A stretch of DNA of 64,000 nucleotides from an uncultured Clostridia bacterium (lineage in GTDB: Bacteria > Bacillota > Clostridia > TANB77 > CAG-508). The translations under genes were made by a program, and so were the position numbers. How positions within the stretch are numbered: position 1 is the first letter of the stretch; each line of letters starts with the position of its first letter. The DNA is taken from NCBI GenBank assembly GCA_944388755.1, contig CALXJY010000001.1:14687-78686 (forward strand). The letters are read 5' to 3'. Below are positions 19,346 through 29,838 of the stretch, in pieces. The notes below the pieces were generated by a model. It had not been told where the DNA came from. It worked only from the letters and a program-made list of their open reading frames with translations, and did no database searches.

Positions 19346-21364
19346 TTAACTAAAATAGTCATTAATACAATTAACTAACTCCTCTCTAACTTCCTCCATG
19401 CTTTTTCCTTCAACCTGTGCACCTGCTAATGTAATATGTCCGCCACCGCCTAGCTTTTCTAGGATTAATTGTACATTGATATCTCCTAATGATCTACCAC
19501 TTATACAAATTTTGTCACCCATATCTCCTAATACGAAAGAAGCTGTGATATTACTAATTGTTAAAAGCTCATCTGCAGCTTTTGCACATACTACACTGAC
19601 ATCTTTTTCTTTTTGATTATTCATTGCAATTGCGATACTTTGATTTACAATTTCAGCAGACTTAACAATATCTGCTATTTTGTTAAAATTAGATAAATCA
19701 CTTTGGAACCATTTTTTTACTCTAATAATATCAACACCACATCTACGTAAATAAGCTGCTGCTTCAAATGTTCTTACACCTGTTTTAAATGTAAAGTTTT
19801 TTGTATCCATCATTATTCCGGCATATAAACTTTCTGCTTCTATTGTTTTTAATTCAACATTTACTTCTGTATATTGCATAAGTTCTGTAACTAGTTCTGC
19901 AGTTGAAGAAGCATATACTTCTTGGAATGTAAGTATAGAATTTTCTATATAATCCTCACTTCTCCTATGGTGGTCAATTATAACTATTTTCTCGACTTTA
20001 TCTATTAATTGTGGCTCTTCTACATAATTTTTTTTATGAGTATCTACTACAACTAATAATGTGTTTTCTTCTATATTTTCCATAGCAACTTCTTTACCTA
20101 TAAATAAATCTTCATATTCTTCGTTTTTATCTAGTTCTTTTTTAAATGTATCTAAAGCATAACTTTGCCCATTATACACAATATATGCATTTTTATTTAA
20201 ACTTTTTGCTAGACGGTAAATTCCCATTGCTGAACCCATTGCATCAATATCAGGATTTTGATGTCCCATTATTAACACCTTATCTGATTCTTTAATCAAG
20301 TTCTCTAATGCATGTGCTACAACACGAGCTTTTACTTTAGTACGCTTTTCTACTTCTTGAGCTCTTCCACCGAAAAAACGATATATTTCATTTTCTCTGA
20401 CAACTGCCTGGTCTCCACCTCTACCTAAAACTAAGTCCATTGCTACTTGTGCTGATTTATATTTATCTTTATCTGTATCTCCTTCATTTGATACAGCTAT
20501 ACTTAAAGTAAATTGGAATTTTTCTCCTGTATTTATTTCCTTTATCTTATCTAATATACTAAATTTGTCTTCCTTTACTTCTTCTAGATATCTTTGTTCA
20601 AAAATATAAACATATCTATCACGGTCTGTTTTTATTAAGATTCCATTTGATTCATTTGTCCATTCAAATATTGCTTTATCTATTTCTGCAATAATTTGCG
20701 CTTTTTCTTCACTATCTATTAATTGCATATTTTCCTCATAATTATCTACCATAATTATCTCTACACATGAGCGAGAATCTTTATATTTTTGCTGTAATGT
20801 TCTATTTTCTGTTACATCTATAAAATATAATATTACCATATATTCTTTTGCTGTTTTTTTATCTTTATTACGAGAGCTAACATATCTTCCCACTATTTTA
20901 TAGATTTTATCTTGTATTGCAATTTCTCTTTCAATACATGATTGAAATTTTTGTTTTTGTATATCTTTTTGTTTTTCTATATCATTTTTTATTTCAAATA
21001 TCATATCATCTATGTATGAATTTATATCTACTTTTTCAAACTCTGAAACAAATGTTGAACTACGCCATATTATTTTTCCATTTGTCTCTAAAACAATTAA
21101 TGGAAAAGGAGAATTTATTAATGTACTCTTTGCGGCAGTATCTACATTTAACATCAAATCTTGCAATGTTTCAGATATCTCATTTTTTCTCTTATTATTT
21201 GCAAAATACGTATACCCTAATATTAATAAATACATAATAACTGATGGAAATATCATATTATTATTATATATACTAATAATTATCAATAAGAATAATATAA
21301 TTATTAAGTATATTTTAGTTTTTGATATTATATAATCAAAAACTTTTCTATTTGTGTTTTGCAT
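19346..21364 (-). CDS. gdpP: cyclic-di-AMP phosphodiesterase GdpP (YybT-type DHH/DHHA1 protein)
   Basis: Two N-terminal TM helices and a central PAS/degenerate-GGDEF-sized region. DHH motifs (IMGHQNPDIDAMGS, VVDTH, IIDHHRR) and DHHA1 GGGH. Shows the conserved yybT-rplI-dnaB synteny. Confidence 0.85.
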   Translation of the reverse strand: MQNTNRKVFDYIISKTKIYLIIILFLLIIISIYNNNMIFPSVIMYLLILGYTYFANNKRKNEISETLQDLMLNVDTAAKSTLINSPFPLIVLETNGKIIWRSSTFVSEFEKVDINSYIDDMIFEIKNDIEKQKDIQKQKFQSCIEREIAIQDKIYKIVGRYVSSRNKDKKTAKEYMVILYFIDVTENRTLQQKYKDSRSCVEIIMVDNYEENMQLIDSEEKAQIIAEIDKAIFEWTNESNGILIKTDRDRYVYIFEQRYLEEVKEDKFSILDKIKEINTGEKFQFTLSIAVSNEGDTDKDKYKSAQVAMDLVLGRGGDQAVVRENEIYRFFGGRAQEVEKRTKVKARVVAHALENLIKESDKVLIMGHQNPDIDAMGSAMGIYRLAKSLNKNAYIVYNGQSYALDTFKKELDKNEEYEDLFIGKEVAMENIEENTLLVVVDTHKKNYVEEPQLIDKVEKIVIIDHHRRSEDYIENSILTFQEVYASSTAELVTELMQYTEVNVELKTIEAESLYAGIMMDTKNFTFKTGVRTFEAAAYLRRCGVDIIRVKKWFQSDLSNFNKIADIVKSAEIVNQSIAIAMNNQKEKDVSVVCAKAADELLTISNITASFVLGDMGDKICISGRSLGDINVQLILEKLGGGGHITLAGAQVEGKSMEEVREELVNCINDYFS

Positions 21365-21491
21365 TTTTTAATACAATCCTTTCTAGTTGAAAAAACACAA
21401 TCACTTTTTCAACAATTATTTCTTTTTAGTTACATTTTATTTTACATAGATATAATATTATAACTATGTAAAATTTTAAATTAATACTACT

Positions 21492-21520
21492 ATTTTACCT
21501 TATTTTTGAGGATTTGTCAA
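21492..21520 (-). promoter_or_regulatory. sigma-A type promoter of gdpP
   Basis: The minus strand reads TTGACA (21520-21515), a 17-nt spacer, then TAAAAT (21497-21492). Confidence 0.5.
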
Positions 21521-21530
21521 TTTTAACACC

Positions 21531-21737
21531 TTATTTAATCGCATTTAAATATGCTTCTGTCATCTCGTCATCTGTTACATTATATTCTTCTTGTATTAAT
21601 TCTATCTCTTTACTTTGAGAATTAGTTGTATTTCCAGCCCATAAAAATAAATTTACTAGAACTATTAAAATAAATAAAATACTTGCAATTACTAAAATTG
21701 TTATTGAACCTTTTTGATTTTTTATTAAATTCTTCAT
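21531..21737 (-). CDS. hypothetical 68-aa single-pass membrane protein
   Basis: MKNLIKNQKGSITILVIASILFILIVLVNLFLWAG... has one hydrophobic helix and an acidic tail. AAGGAAG RBS and its own consensus promoter. No family recognised. Confidence 0.5.
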   Translation of the reverse strand: MKNLIKNQKGSITILVIASILFILIVLVNLFLWAGNTTNSQSKEIELIQEEYNVTDDEMTEAYLNAIK

Positions 21738-21783
21738 ATATATTCTTCCTTTTTCAATTATTTAATGATTTTATTATGTGTAA

Positions 21784-21812
21784 ATTATATCAATAATATT
21801 GACTTTTTTCAA
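21784..21812 (-). promoter_or_regulatory. sigma-A type promoter of the 68-aa ORF
   Basis: The minus strand reads TTGAAA (21812-21807), an exact 17-nt spacer, then TATAAT (21789-21784). Confidence 0.55.
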
Positions 21813-21852
21813 TTAATTTTTTTAATTTTTAAAGAACTTTAAGGATTACTCC

Positions 21853-24800
21853 CTAAAGTTCTTCTTTTTCTGCTAATTCAGTATTTATTTTTATGTCTTG
21901 GTATTTTTTCATTCCAGTACCTGCTGGAATTAATTTACCAATTATAACATTTTCTTTAAGTCCTACTAAATCATCAACTTTTCCTTTAACTGCTGCATCT
22001 GTAAGTACTCTTGTTGTTTCTTGGAATGATGCTGCAGATAAGAAACTATCTGTTGCAAGAGATGCTTTTGTAATTCCAAGTAAAACTCTTTTACCTGTTG
22101 CAGGACGTTTACCTTCTTTAATTGCCTCATTATTTTTATCTTCAAACTCATACATGTCAATTAAAGCACCTGGGAACATATCTGTATCTCCATTATCATC
22201 AATTCTTACTTTCTTAAGCATTTGTCTACCTATAACTTCAATATGTTTATCATTTATATCAACACCTTGGTTTCTATAAACTTTTTGTACTTCCGAAATT
22301 AAATATTCATATACACCTTTTGGTCCTTTAATTGCTAAAAGTTCGCTTGGGTTTACTGATCCCTCAATTAATGGTTGAGCTACTTCTACCATATCTCCAT
22401 TATTTACTTTCATTTTTGATCCAAATGGAATTGTATATGTTCTAGAATCATCTTTACTTGTTACTATTACCTCTTTTTTCTTCTTTGTCTCTTTTATTTT
22501 TACCTTTCCCGCTATTTCAGAAATAATAGCTAATCCTTTTGGTTTTCTAGCTTCAAATAATTCTTCAACTCTAGGAAGACCTTGTGTTATATCTGCAACA
22601 CCTGCAACACCACCAGAGTGTATTGTTCTCATTGTAAGCTGTGTTCCTGGTTCTCCAATTGATTGTGCTGCAATAATTCCAACTGATTCACCAATTGATA
22701 CTAAATCTCTTCTTGCTAAGCCCATACCATAACATTTTTGACAAACTCCATGTTTTGAATGGCAACCTAATACAGAACGTACTTCTAATTTTTCAATTCC
22801 AGCCTCAACTATTTTATCTGCAATTGGTTCTGTTATCATTGTATCTTTGTCTACAATAACTTCATTTGTTTTTGGATCAATAACATCTTGTAATGCAAAT
22901 CTTCCAACTAGTCTTTCTTGCATTTTTTCTATTATTTGATTTCCATCTTTTATATCATATACTAATATTCCTTCTTCTGTACCACAATCAGCTTCTCTTA
23001 CAATAATATCTTGTGATACATCAACTAATCTTCTTGTTAAATATCCAGAATCCGCTGTTCTTAATGCTGTATCTGAAAGTCCTTTTCTTGCTCCATGTGC
23101 AGATATAAAGTATTCCAATGCATCTAATCCATCTGCAAATGATGATTTTATTGGTATCTCAACAGCTTTACCTGTTGTACTTGCCATTAATCCTCTCATA
23201 CCTGCAATCTGACGTAATTGGTTCATATTACCACGGGCTCCTGATTTAACCATCATGTATATAGGATTTAAATCATCAAAATTTTCTTCCATTGCTTTAC
23301 TAACTTCATTTGTAGTATTTTCCCAAACTTTAATAACTGCGTTATAACGCTCTTCATTTGTAATAAGACCTCTTGCATATTGCTTACGTATATTTTCTAT
23401 TTGTTTATCCGCTTCTTCAAGTAATTGTTTTTTAGCTGGTGGTACTTCAACATCACTCATAGAGAATGTAATACCTGCAAGTGTAGAATATTTAAATCCT
23501 AATGCTTTGATATAATCAATTACTTCTGCAGATTCTGTTAATCCATGTAATCTTATTACTCTTTCTATTATTGTTCCCATAGATTTTTTCATTACTGGGA
23601 AATTTATCTCATATTGGAAAGGATCTTCTTTTCTATCTACAAATCCTAAATCTTGAGGAATTCCTTGGTTAAATATAATTCTTCCAACACTTGTTTCTAT
23701 TTTTTTAGTTTTAATCTCCCCATCAATTTCTTTTGTTATTCTAACAAAAATTTTAGCATGTATATCAACATCATTATTTTCAAATGCCATGATGGCTTCA
23801 TCAGGATCACGGAAATAAGTTCCTTCTCCTTTTTCTCCATCAAGAGTCATTGTTAAATAATAACTTCCTAAAATCATGTCTAGTCTAGGTACAGCAACTG
23901 GTTTACCATCCTGTGGTTTAAGTAAATTATTTGTTGATAACATTAGATATCTTGATTCTGCTTGTGCTTCAGGTGATAATGGTAAGTGTATAGCCATTTG
24001 GTCTCCATCAAAGTCTGCATTAAATGCTTCACAAACAAGTGGGTGTAATTTTATAGCTCTACCCTCTACTAAAACTGGTTCAAATGCTTGAATTCCAAGT
24101 CTGTGTAATGTTGGAGCTCTGTTTAGCATAACTGGATGATCTTTTATAACATCTTCCAATATTCCCCAAACCTCAGGGTTTAATCTTTCTACCATTCTTT
24201 TAGCATTTTTAATGTTTTGTGCTAAATTTCTCCCAACTAGTTCTTTCATAACAAATGGTTTAAATAATTCAATTGCCATCTCTTTTGGAAGTCCACATTG
24301 ATATATTTTAAGTTCAGGTCCAACAACAATAACTGAACGTCCTGAATAATCCACACGTTTTCCAAGCAAGTTTTGACGGAAACGTCCTTGTTTACCTTTT
24401 AACATATCTGATAAAGATTTTAAAGGTCTATTTCCAGCTCCTGTTACAGGTCTACCACGTCTACCATTATCTATTAATGCATCAACAGATTCTTGTAACA
24501 TACGTTTCTCATTACGTACAATAATTTCTGGTGCACCTAACTCTAATAATCTTTTTAATCTATTATTTCTATTTATAACTCTACGATATAAGTCATTTAA
24601 ATCTGATGTTGCAAATCTACCACCATCTAGTTGAACCATTGGTCTTAATTCAGGTGGAATAACAGGTACAACACCCATTACCATCCATTCAGGTCTGTTT
24701 CCTGAAATTCTAAAAGCTTCGACTGTATCTAATCTTTTTACTAATTTTGTTTTTTTCTGTTCGCTAGCTTTTTCAATTTCCTTTTTTATAGAAGCTGATA

Positions 24801-25362
24801 ATTTATCCAAATCAATTCCTTCTAGCAATGTACGTATTGCTTCTGCTCCCATTTGTGCTTTAAATGATCCTCTTCCAAATTTTTCTTCAGCTTCATGATA
24901 TTCTTTTTCATTTAAAACTTGGCATTTTTCCAAATCTGTTGTACCTTTATCTATAACAATATATGAAGCAAAATATATAACTTTCTCCAAATTTCTTGGT
25001 GATACATCTAGCATTAATGCAATTCTACTAGGTATTCCTTTAAAATACCATATATGTGCCACAGGTGCTGCAAGTTCAATATGTCCCATTCTTTCACGTC
25101 TAACTTTTGCTTTTGTTACTTCTACACCACAACGGTCACAAACTATCCCTTTATATCTTACTCTTTTATATTTACCACAATGACATTCCCAGTCTTTTGT
25201 TGGTCCAAATATTCTCTCACAAAATAAACCATCCTTTTCAGGTTTTAATGTTCTATAATTAATAGTTTCAGGTTTTTTTACTTCACCTTTTGACCATTCC
25301 CTTACTTTTTCATCTGATGCAATACCTATTTTTAATTTATTAAAAATATCCAATTCGTCCAC
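21853..25362 (-). CDS. rpoC: DNA-directed RNA polymerase subunit beta'
   Basis: 1169 aa with zinc-binding [23 protein letters not shown] and catalytic [12 protein letters not shown] start with AGGGGGA RBS. Confidence 0.97.
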   Translation of the reverse strand: MDELDIFNKLKIGIASDEKVREWSKGEVKKPETINYRTLKPEKDGLFCERIFGPTKDWECHCGKYKRVRYKGIVCDRCGVEVTKAKVRRERMGHIELAAPVAHIWYFKGIPSRIALMLDVSPRNLEKVIYFASYIVIDKGTTDLEKCQVLNEKEYHEAEEKFGRGSFKAQMGAEAIRTLLEGIDLDKLSASIKKEIEKASEQKKTKLVKRLDTVEAFRISGNRPEWMVMGVVPVIPPELRPMVQLDGGRFATSDLNDLYRRVINRNNRLKRLLELGAPEIIVRNEKRMLQESVDALIDNGRRGRPVTGAGNRPLKSLSDMLKGKQGRFRQNLLGKRVDYSGRSVIVVGPELKIYQCGLPKEMAIELFKPFVMKELVGRNLAQNIKNAKRMVERLNPEVWGILEDVIKDHPVMLNRAPTLHRLGIQAFEPVLVEGRAIKLHPLVCEAFNADFDGDQMAIHLPLSPEAQAESRYLMLSTNNLLKPQDGKPVAVPRLDMILGSYYLTMTLDGEKGEGTYFRDPDEAIMAFENNDVDIHAKIFVRITKEIDGEIKTKKIETSVGRIIFNQGIPQDLGFVDRKEDPFQYEINFPVMKKSMGTIIERVIRLHGLTESAEVIDYIKALGFKYSTLAGITFSMSDVEVPPAKKQLLEEADKQIENIRKQYARGLITNEERYNAVIKVWENTTNEVSKAMEENFDDLNPIYMMVKSGARGNMNQLRQIAGMRGLMASTTGKAVEIPIKSSFADGLDALEYFISAHGARKGLSDTALRTADSGYLTRRLVDVSQDIIVREADCGTEEGILVYDIKDGNQIIEKMQERLVGRFALQDVIDPKTNEVIVDKDTMITEPIADKIVEAGIEKLEVRSVLGCHSKHGVCQKCYGMGLARRDLVSIGESVGIIAAQSIGEPGTQLTMRTIHSGGVAGVADITQGLPRVEELFEARKPKGLAIISEIAGKVKIKETKKKKEVIVTSKDDSRTYTIPFGSKMKVNNGDMVEVAQPLIEGSVNPSELLAIKGPKGVYEYLISEVQKVYRNQGVDINDKHIEVIGRQMLKKVRIDDNGDTDMFPGALIDMYEFEDKNNEAIKEGKRPATGKRVLLGITKASLATDSFLSAASFQETTRVLTDAAVKGKVDDLVGLKENVIIGKLIPAGTGMKKYQDIKINTELAEKEEL

Positions 25363-25476
25363 GTTCTATTTCCCCCTATAACTTTTTTATTTGGGTAATT
25401 TTAGAACAATTTAAAAGCTATCCACTGCTCGAACAATTCCATCCTGTCGCTTTTAAACTTTCTAAAATTTATTTAA

Positions 25477-28400
25477 TTAAATATTATCTTCATCATTATC
25501 TATATTATCATTTGCTAAATCAGAATCAAATATATCTTCTTCTCCTTCATCATCTAGACCATCAAATAGTTCATCACTTTCATCTTCAATCATGTCATCG
25601 TCTTCCAAAGATTCGTCAATATATCCATCTTCTAAATCATCTGCTTCTATAACTTCTTCTTCAGATAATAGTTTTTTGTCTTGTTCAGGATCATATTCAA
25701 TACCATCTTCTATATTTTCTTTAAGTTCTAATTCTTGATTATCTTCTGAATATAATCTTACATCTAATCCTAATGATTGTAATTCTTTTACTAAAACTTT
25801 AAAGCTTTCTGGTACACCTGGTTCAGGTATATTTTCTCCTTTAACAATTGCTTCATATGTTTTAACACGTCCAACAACATCATCTGATTTTACAGTAAGC
25901 ATTTCTTGTAATGTATATGCTGCTCCATATGCCTCTAATGCCCAAACTTCCATCTCTCCAAAACGTTGTCCACCAAATTGTGCTTTACCTCCAAGTGGTT
26001 GTTGTGTAACTAGTGAGTATGGACCTGTTGAACGAGCATGAATTTTGTCATCTACTAAGTGATGTAATTTTAACATATACATAACACCAACTGTTACTGG
26101 TTTAGCAAAAGGATCTCCTGTTCTACCATCATATAATATTGTCTTTCCATCTGGTGACATTCCAGCTTCTTTTAATATTTCTTCTACATCTTCTTGTGTT
26201 GCACCATCAAATACAGGTGTTGATACATGCCATCCTAAAGCTTTTGCAGCTCCTCCCAAATGTACTTCTAAGATTTGTCCTAGATTCATACGAGAAGGTA
26301 CACCAAGTGGGTTAAGTAAAATATCTATTGGTGTTCCATCAGGCATAAATGGCATATCTTCTTCTGGTAATACTCTTGATATAACACCTTTATTACCATG
26401 ACGTCCAGCCATCTTGTCTCCAACTGATATTTTTCTTTTTGTTGCAATATAACATCTAATTATTTGATTAACACCTGGACCTAATTCATCTGAATTATCT
26501 CTAGTAAAGATTTTTACATCAACAATTGTTCCAGCTTCTCCATGTGGTACACGTAGTGATGTATCTCTAACCTCTCTAGCCTTTTCTCCAAATATTGCTC
26601 TTAACAATCTTTCTTCTGCTGTTAATTCTGTTTCACCTTTTGGTGTAACTTTTCCAACCAAAATATCTCCTGGTCTTACCTCTGCACCAATTCTAATAAT
26701 ACCATTTTCGTCTAAATCTTTTAGTACATCATCACCAACATTTGGTATATCTCTTGTTATTTCTTCAGGTCCTAATTTTGTATCTCTACATTCACAATCA
26801 TATTCTTCTATATGTATTGATGTAAATACATCTTCTTTAACTAATCTTTCATTTAGTAATATAGCATCTTCGTAATTATATCCTTCCCATGTAGAGAAAG
26901 CAACTAATACATTTTTTCCAAGTGACATTTCTCCATCTTTAGTTGATGGTCCATCTGCAATACTGTCTCCTTTTTTTACTATCTCGCCTTTTTTTACTAT
27001 TGGTTTTTGATTTATACATGTTCCACCATTTGTTCTTTTAAATTTACGTAATTTATGTACAACCGTTTTTCCATTATTGTATTTTACAGTAATACTATCT
27101 CCTGTAACTTTTTCTACAACACCATCATCTTCAGCTAATACTAATATTCCTGAATCTTTAGCTGCTCTATATTCAATACCTGTTCCTACAATTGGTCTTT
27201 CTGTAATCATTAATGGAACTGCTTGACGTTGCATGTTTGCTCCCATAAGTGATCTTTTTGCATCATCATGTTCTAAAAATGGTATCATTGCTGCAGCTAT
27301 AGAAACTAATTGTTTTGGTGACACGTCAACATATTGAACTTGATTTTTATCAACTTCTATTATGTCATTTTTAAATCTTACTCTAATTCTATTATTAATA
27401 AATTCACCTTTTTCATTCATTGGTTCAGATGCTTGTGCAATAATATAATTATCTTCCACATCTGCACTCATATATTCGACAATATCAGTTGCTCTATGTG
27501 TTTCAGGGTCTATTTTTCTATAAGGTGTTTCTATAAATCCATATTCATTAATATTTGCAAATGATGAAAGTGCAGATATTAATCCTATGTTTGGTCCTTC
27601 AGGTGACTCTATTGGACATAATCTACCATAATGTGTATAGTGAACATCACGTACTTCAAATCCTGCTCTTTCCCTTGTTAATCCTCCTGGTCCTAATGCT
27701 GATATTCTTCTTTTATGTGTTAATTCTGAAAGAGGGTTTGTTTGATCCATAAATTGTGATAATTGTGAACTTCCAAAGAATTCACGTATTGCTGATGTAA
27801 TAGGTTTTGTATTTATTAATGTTTGTGGTGTTACTACATCTAAATCTTGTATTGTCATTCTTTCACGTACTACTCTTTCAAGTCTAGCTAAACCAATTCT
27901 AAATTGATTTTGCAAAAGTTCTCCTACACAACGAATTCTACGATTTGATAAATGGTCTATATCATCTTTTTTACCTAATCCATGTGATAAATTAAGTAAA
28001 AGATTAATAGAAGCTATCATATCTTCTGTTGTGATATGTTTTGGCACTAATTCATCATATCTCTCTTTTAAAATCTTTAATAAATCTTTTTCTTCTGTAT
28101 TATCTAATATGTTTTTAAGTACATCATAATTAACATTTTCCTTAAAATGTAATGTGCTTAAATCTACATTTGGTAATATTTTGTAGATATTAACTGTACT
28201 ATTACCAATAATTCTTACTTTTCTTTCTCCTTGCATAATATCTACAATATTTATTCCTGAATTTTGAATATTTTCTGCTACTTCTTCTGAAATTACTTCT
28301 CCTGCTTGAACAAAAACTTCTCCAGTTTCTGTATCTACAATATCTTCAGCTGAAACTTTACCTTTTATTCTACCTGCTAGTCCTAATTTTTGGTTAAATT

Positions 28401-29223
28401 TATATCTTCCAACTTTTGCTAAGTCATATCTTCTATTATCATAAAATAATCCATTAAATAAATTTCTAGCAGCATCTACTGTTGGTAATTCACCTGGTCT
28501 TAATTTTTTATATATTTCAATTAAAGCATCTTCTTGTGTTTTAATTGGATCTTTTGCTATTGTGGCTGTAAGCATTTCTTCTTCTCCAAATAAATCTCTT
28601 ATTTGGTCATCTGAAATAATTCCAATTGCTCTTAATAATGTTGTAACTGGAACTTTTCTTGTTCTATCTACACGCACCCAAAAAATATCATTTCCATCTG
28701 TTTCATATTCAAGCCATGCTCCTCTTAGTGGCATAACTGTAGATGTATATGTCTTTTTACCTGTTTTTGTATCAAATATTTCGTCATAATAACATCCTGG
28801 TGAACGTACTAATTGGCTTACTACAACCCTTTCTGCACCATTTATAATAAATGTTCCACTATCTGTCATTAAAGGGAAATCACCTAAATAAATTTCTTGT
28901 TCTTTAATTTCTCCTGTCTCACGGTTAATTAATCTTACTTTTACATGTAATCTTGTTGAATATGTAGCATCTCTTTCTTTTGCTTCTTCTAATGTGTATT
29001 TTGTTTTTTCTTCCATGAAATAATCAAAAAACTCAAGAACAAGATTACCTGAATAGTCTTCTATTGGTGATATATCTTTTAATACTTCTCCTAATCCTTC
29101 TTCTACAAACCAATCATATGAATCTTTTTGTACTTTAATTAGGTTTGGCATTTCGATAAAATCTCCAACTTTGGCAAAATCTTTTCTTGAGGCTTTTTCG
29201 TATTGAATTTCTTTTAGTTTCAA
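25477..29223 (-). CDS. rpoB: DNA-directed RNA polymerase subunit beta
   Basis: 1248 aa with conserved blocks ([28 protein letters not shown]). TTG start with AAGGAG RBS. Has an acidic C-terminal tail. Confidence 0.97.
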   Translation of the reverse strand: MKLKEIQYEKASRKDFAKVGDFIEMPNLIKVQKDSYDWFVEEGLGEVLKDISPIEDYSGNLVLEFFDYFMEEKTKYTLEEAKERDATYSTRLHVKVRLINRETGEIKEQEIYLGDFPLMTDSGTFIINGAERVVVSQLVRSPGCYYDEIFDTKTGKKTYTSTVMPLRGAWLEYETDGNDIFWVRVDRTRKVPVTTLLRAIGIISDDQIRDLFGEEEMLTATIAKDPIKTQEDALIEIYKKLRPGELPTVDAARNLFNGLFYDNRRYDLAKVGRYKFNQKLGLAGRIKGKVSAEDIVDTETGEVFVQAGEVISEEVAENIQNSGINIVDIMQGERKVRIIGNSTVNIYKILPNVDLSTLHFKENVNYDVLKNILDNTEEKDLLKILKERYDELVPKHITTEDMIASINLLLNLSHGLGKKDDIDHLSNRRIRCVGELLQNQFRIGLARLERVVRERMTIQDLDVVTPQTLINTKPITSAIREFFGSSQLSQFMDQTNPLSELTHKRRISALGPGGLTRERAGFEVRDVHYTHYGRLCPIESPEGPNIGLISALSSFANINEYGFIETPYRKIDPETHRATDIVEYMSADVEDNYIIAQASEPMNEKGEFINNRIRVRFKNDIIEVDKNQVQYVDVSPKQLVSIAAAMIPFLEHDDAKRSLMGANMQRQAVPLMITERPIVGTGIEYRAAKDSGILVLAEDDGVVEKVTGDSITVKYNNGKTVVHKLRKFKRTNGGTCINQKPIVKKGEIVKKGDSIADGPSTKDGEMSLGKNVLVAFSTWEGYNYEDAILLNERLVKEDVFTSIHIEEYDCECRDTKLGPEEITRDIPNVGDDVLKDLDENGIIRIGAEVRPGDILVGKVTPKGETELTAEERLLRAIFGEKAREVRDTSLRVPHGEAGTIVDVKIFTRDNSDELGPGVNQIIRCYIATKRKISVGDKMAGRHGNKGVISRVLPEEDMPFMPDGTPIDILLNPLGVPSRMNLGQILEVHLGGAAKALGWHVSTPVFDGATQEDVEEILKEAGMSPDGKTILYDGRTGDPFAKPVTVGVMYMLKLHHLVDDKIHARSTGPYSLVTQQPLGGKAQFGGQRFGEMEVWALEAYGAAYTLQEMLTVKSDDVVGRVKTYEAIVKGENIPEPGVPESFKVLVKELQSLGLDVRLYSEDNQELELKENIEDGIEYDPEQDKKLLSEEEVIEADDLEDGYIDESLEDDDMIEDESDELFDGLDDEGEEDIFDSDLANDNIDNDEDNI

Positions 29224-29463
29224 AAAAAATCACTCCTTAAATAAAATTAAAGCAGAATAATTTATTTGATTTTAGGAAAAGTCCCTCTTAGAATATAGCT
29301 CTTACAAAAGCTTAAAACGCCTGCTTTACATTTTAAGTTATTTTGCAGTTTTCTATATTTAATTCCTCTTTTCTTAAAATTGGAAACATTTGATTTAAAT
29401 TGTTTTGATCTATTATTTTTTCATTTGATTTTAATTTTTTAAAGTGTAAAAATTCATATGGTA

Positions 29464-29493
29464 TTATATCAGATTCCAAGCTTATTTGTCAAT
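29464..29493 (-). promoter_or_regulatory. sigma-A type promoter of rpoB (long ~235-nt leader)
   Basis: The minus strand reads TTGACA (29493-29488), an 18-nt spacer, then TATAAT (29469-29464). Confidence 0.55.
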
Positions 29494-29550
29494 AGATTTT
29501 CTGTGATTTTTTAATTTTTGGTTACAACTACCTATAATCATAAAATGTAA

Positions 29551-29579
29551 CAAAAAATTAGGAGAAAAACCTCCTAATT
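29551..29579 (-). terminator. rho-independent terminator closing the T7SS-like operon
   Basis: Minus RNA reads AAUUAGGAG-GUUUUU-CUCCUAAUU followed by UUUUUG. It starts 2 nt after the yukD-like stop codon. Confidence 0.8.
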
Positions 29580-29580
29580 T

Positions 29581-29838
29581 CTATATTAATATTATTTCTG
29601 CTCCATTTCTCATGTTACAGTTTTTTATGCTCAAATTTATATCATATGGCATACCAGTTAATTTATCATATAAAATTGGTATTTTACTAGGTTTATAATA
29701 TCCTCCTGTAATCTCATATATAGCTTTCATAAGGAGATTAATTATATTATAAACCTTTTGATTTAATGGTAGCCATACATCATATTGTTCTTCTATAATA
29801 GGAACATACAATTTTACTAAAACTTTATCCATTATCAT
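29581..29838 (-). CDS. esaB: YukD/EsaB-like ubiquitin-fold T7SS accessory protein
   Basis: ~85 aa. Its start overlaps the essC 3' end, suggesting translational coupling. The pattern VLVKLYVP...YDVWLPLNQKVYNII...PILYDKLTGMPYDINLSIKNCNMRNGAEIILI fits the small beta-grasp YukD family. Candidate starts are 29841 (GTG), 29838 and 29832. Confidence 0.65.
   Translation of the reverse strand: MIMDKVLVKLYVPIIEEQYDVWLPLNQKVYNIINLLMKAIYEITGGYYKPSKIPILYDKLTGMPYDINLSIKNCNMRNGAEIILI

Noticed and set aside
21531-21737. 68-aa protein as a type IV prepilin / ComGG-like pseudopilin (N-terminal KNQKGSITILVIASILF).
   Set aside because: It lacks the G/(F,M)-x-x-x-E prepilin peptidase site (no Glu at +5, no Phe/Met at +1). 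No pilus or competence genes are nearby.
25477-25700. Highly acidic ~70-aa C-terminal tail of RpoB (…[54 protein letters not shown]) as a novel appended domain.
   Set aside because: Total length (1248 aa) is in the normal range for low-GC clostridial RpoB, and acidic C-terminal tails are common there. Without an alignment I cannot show it is unusual.
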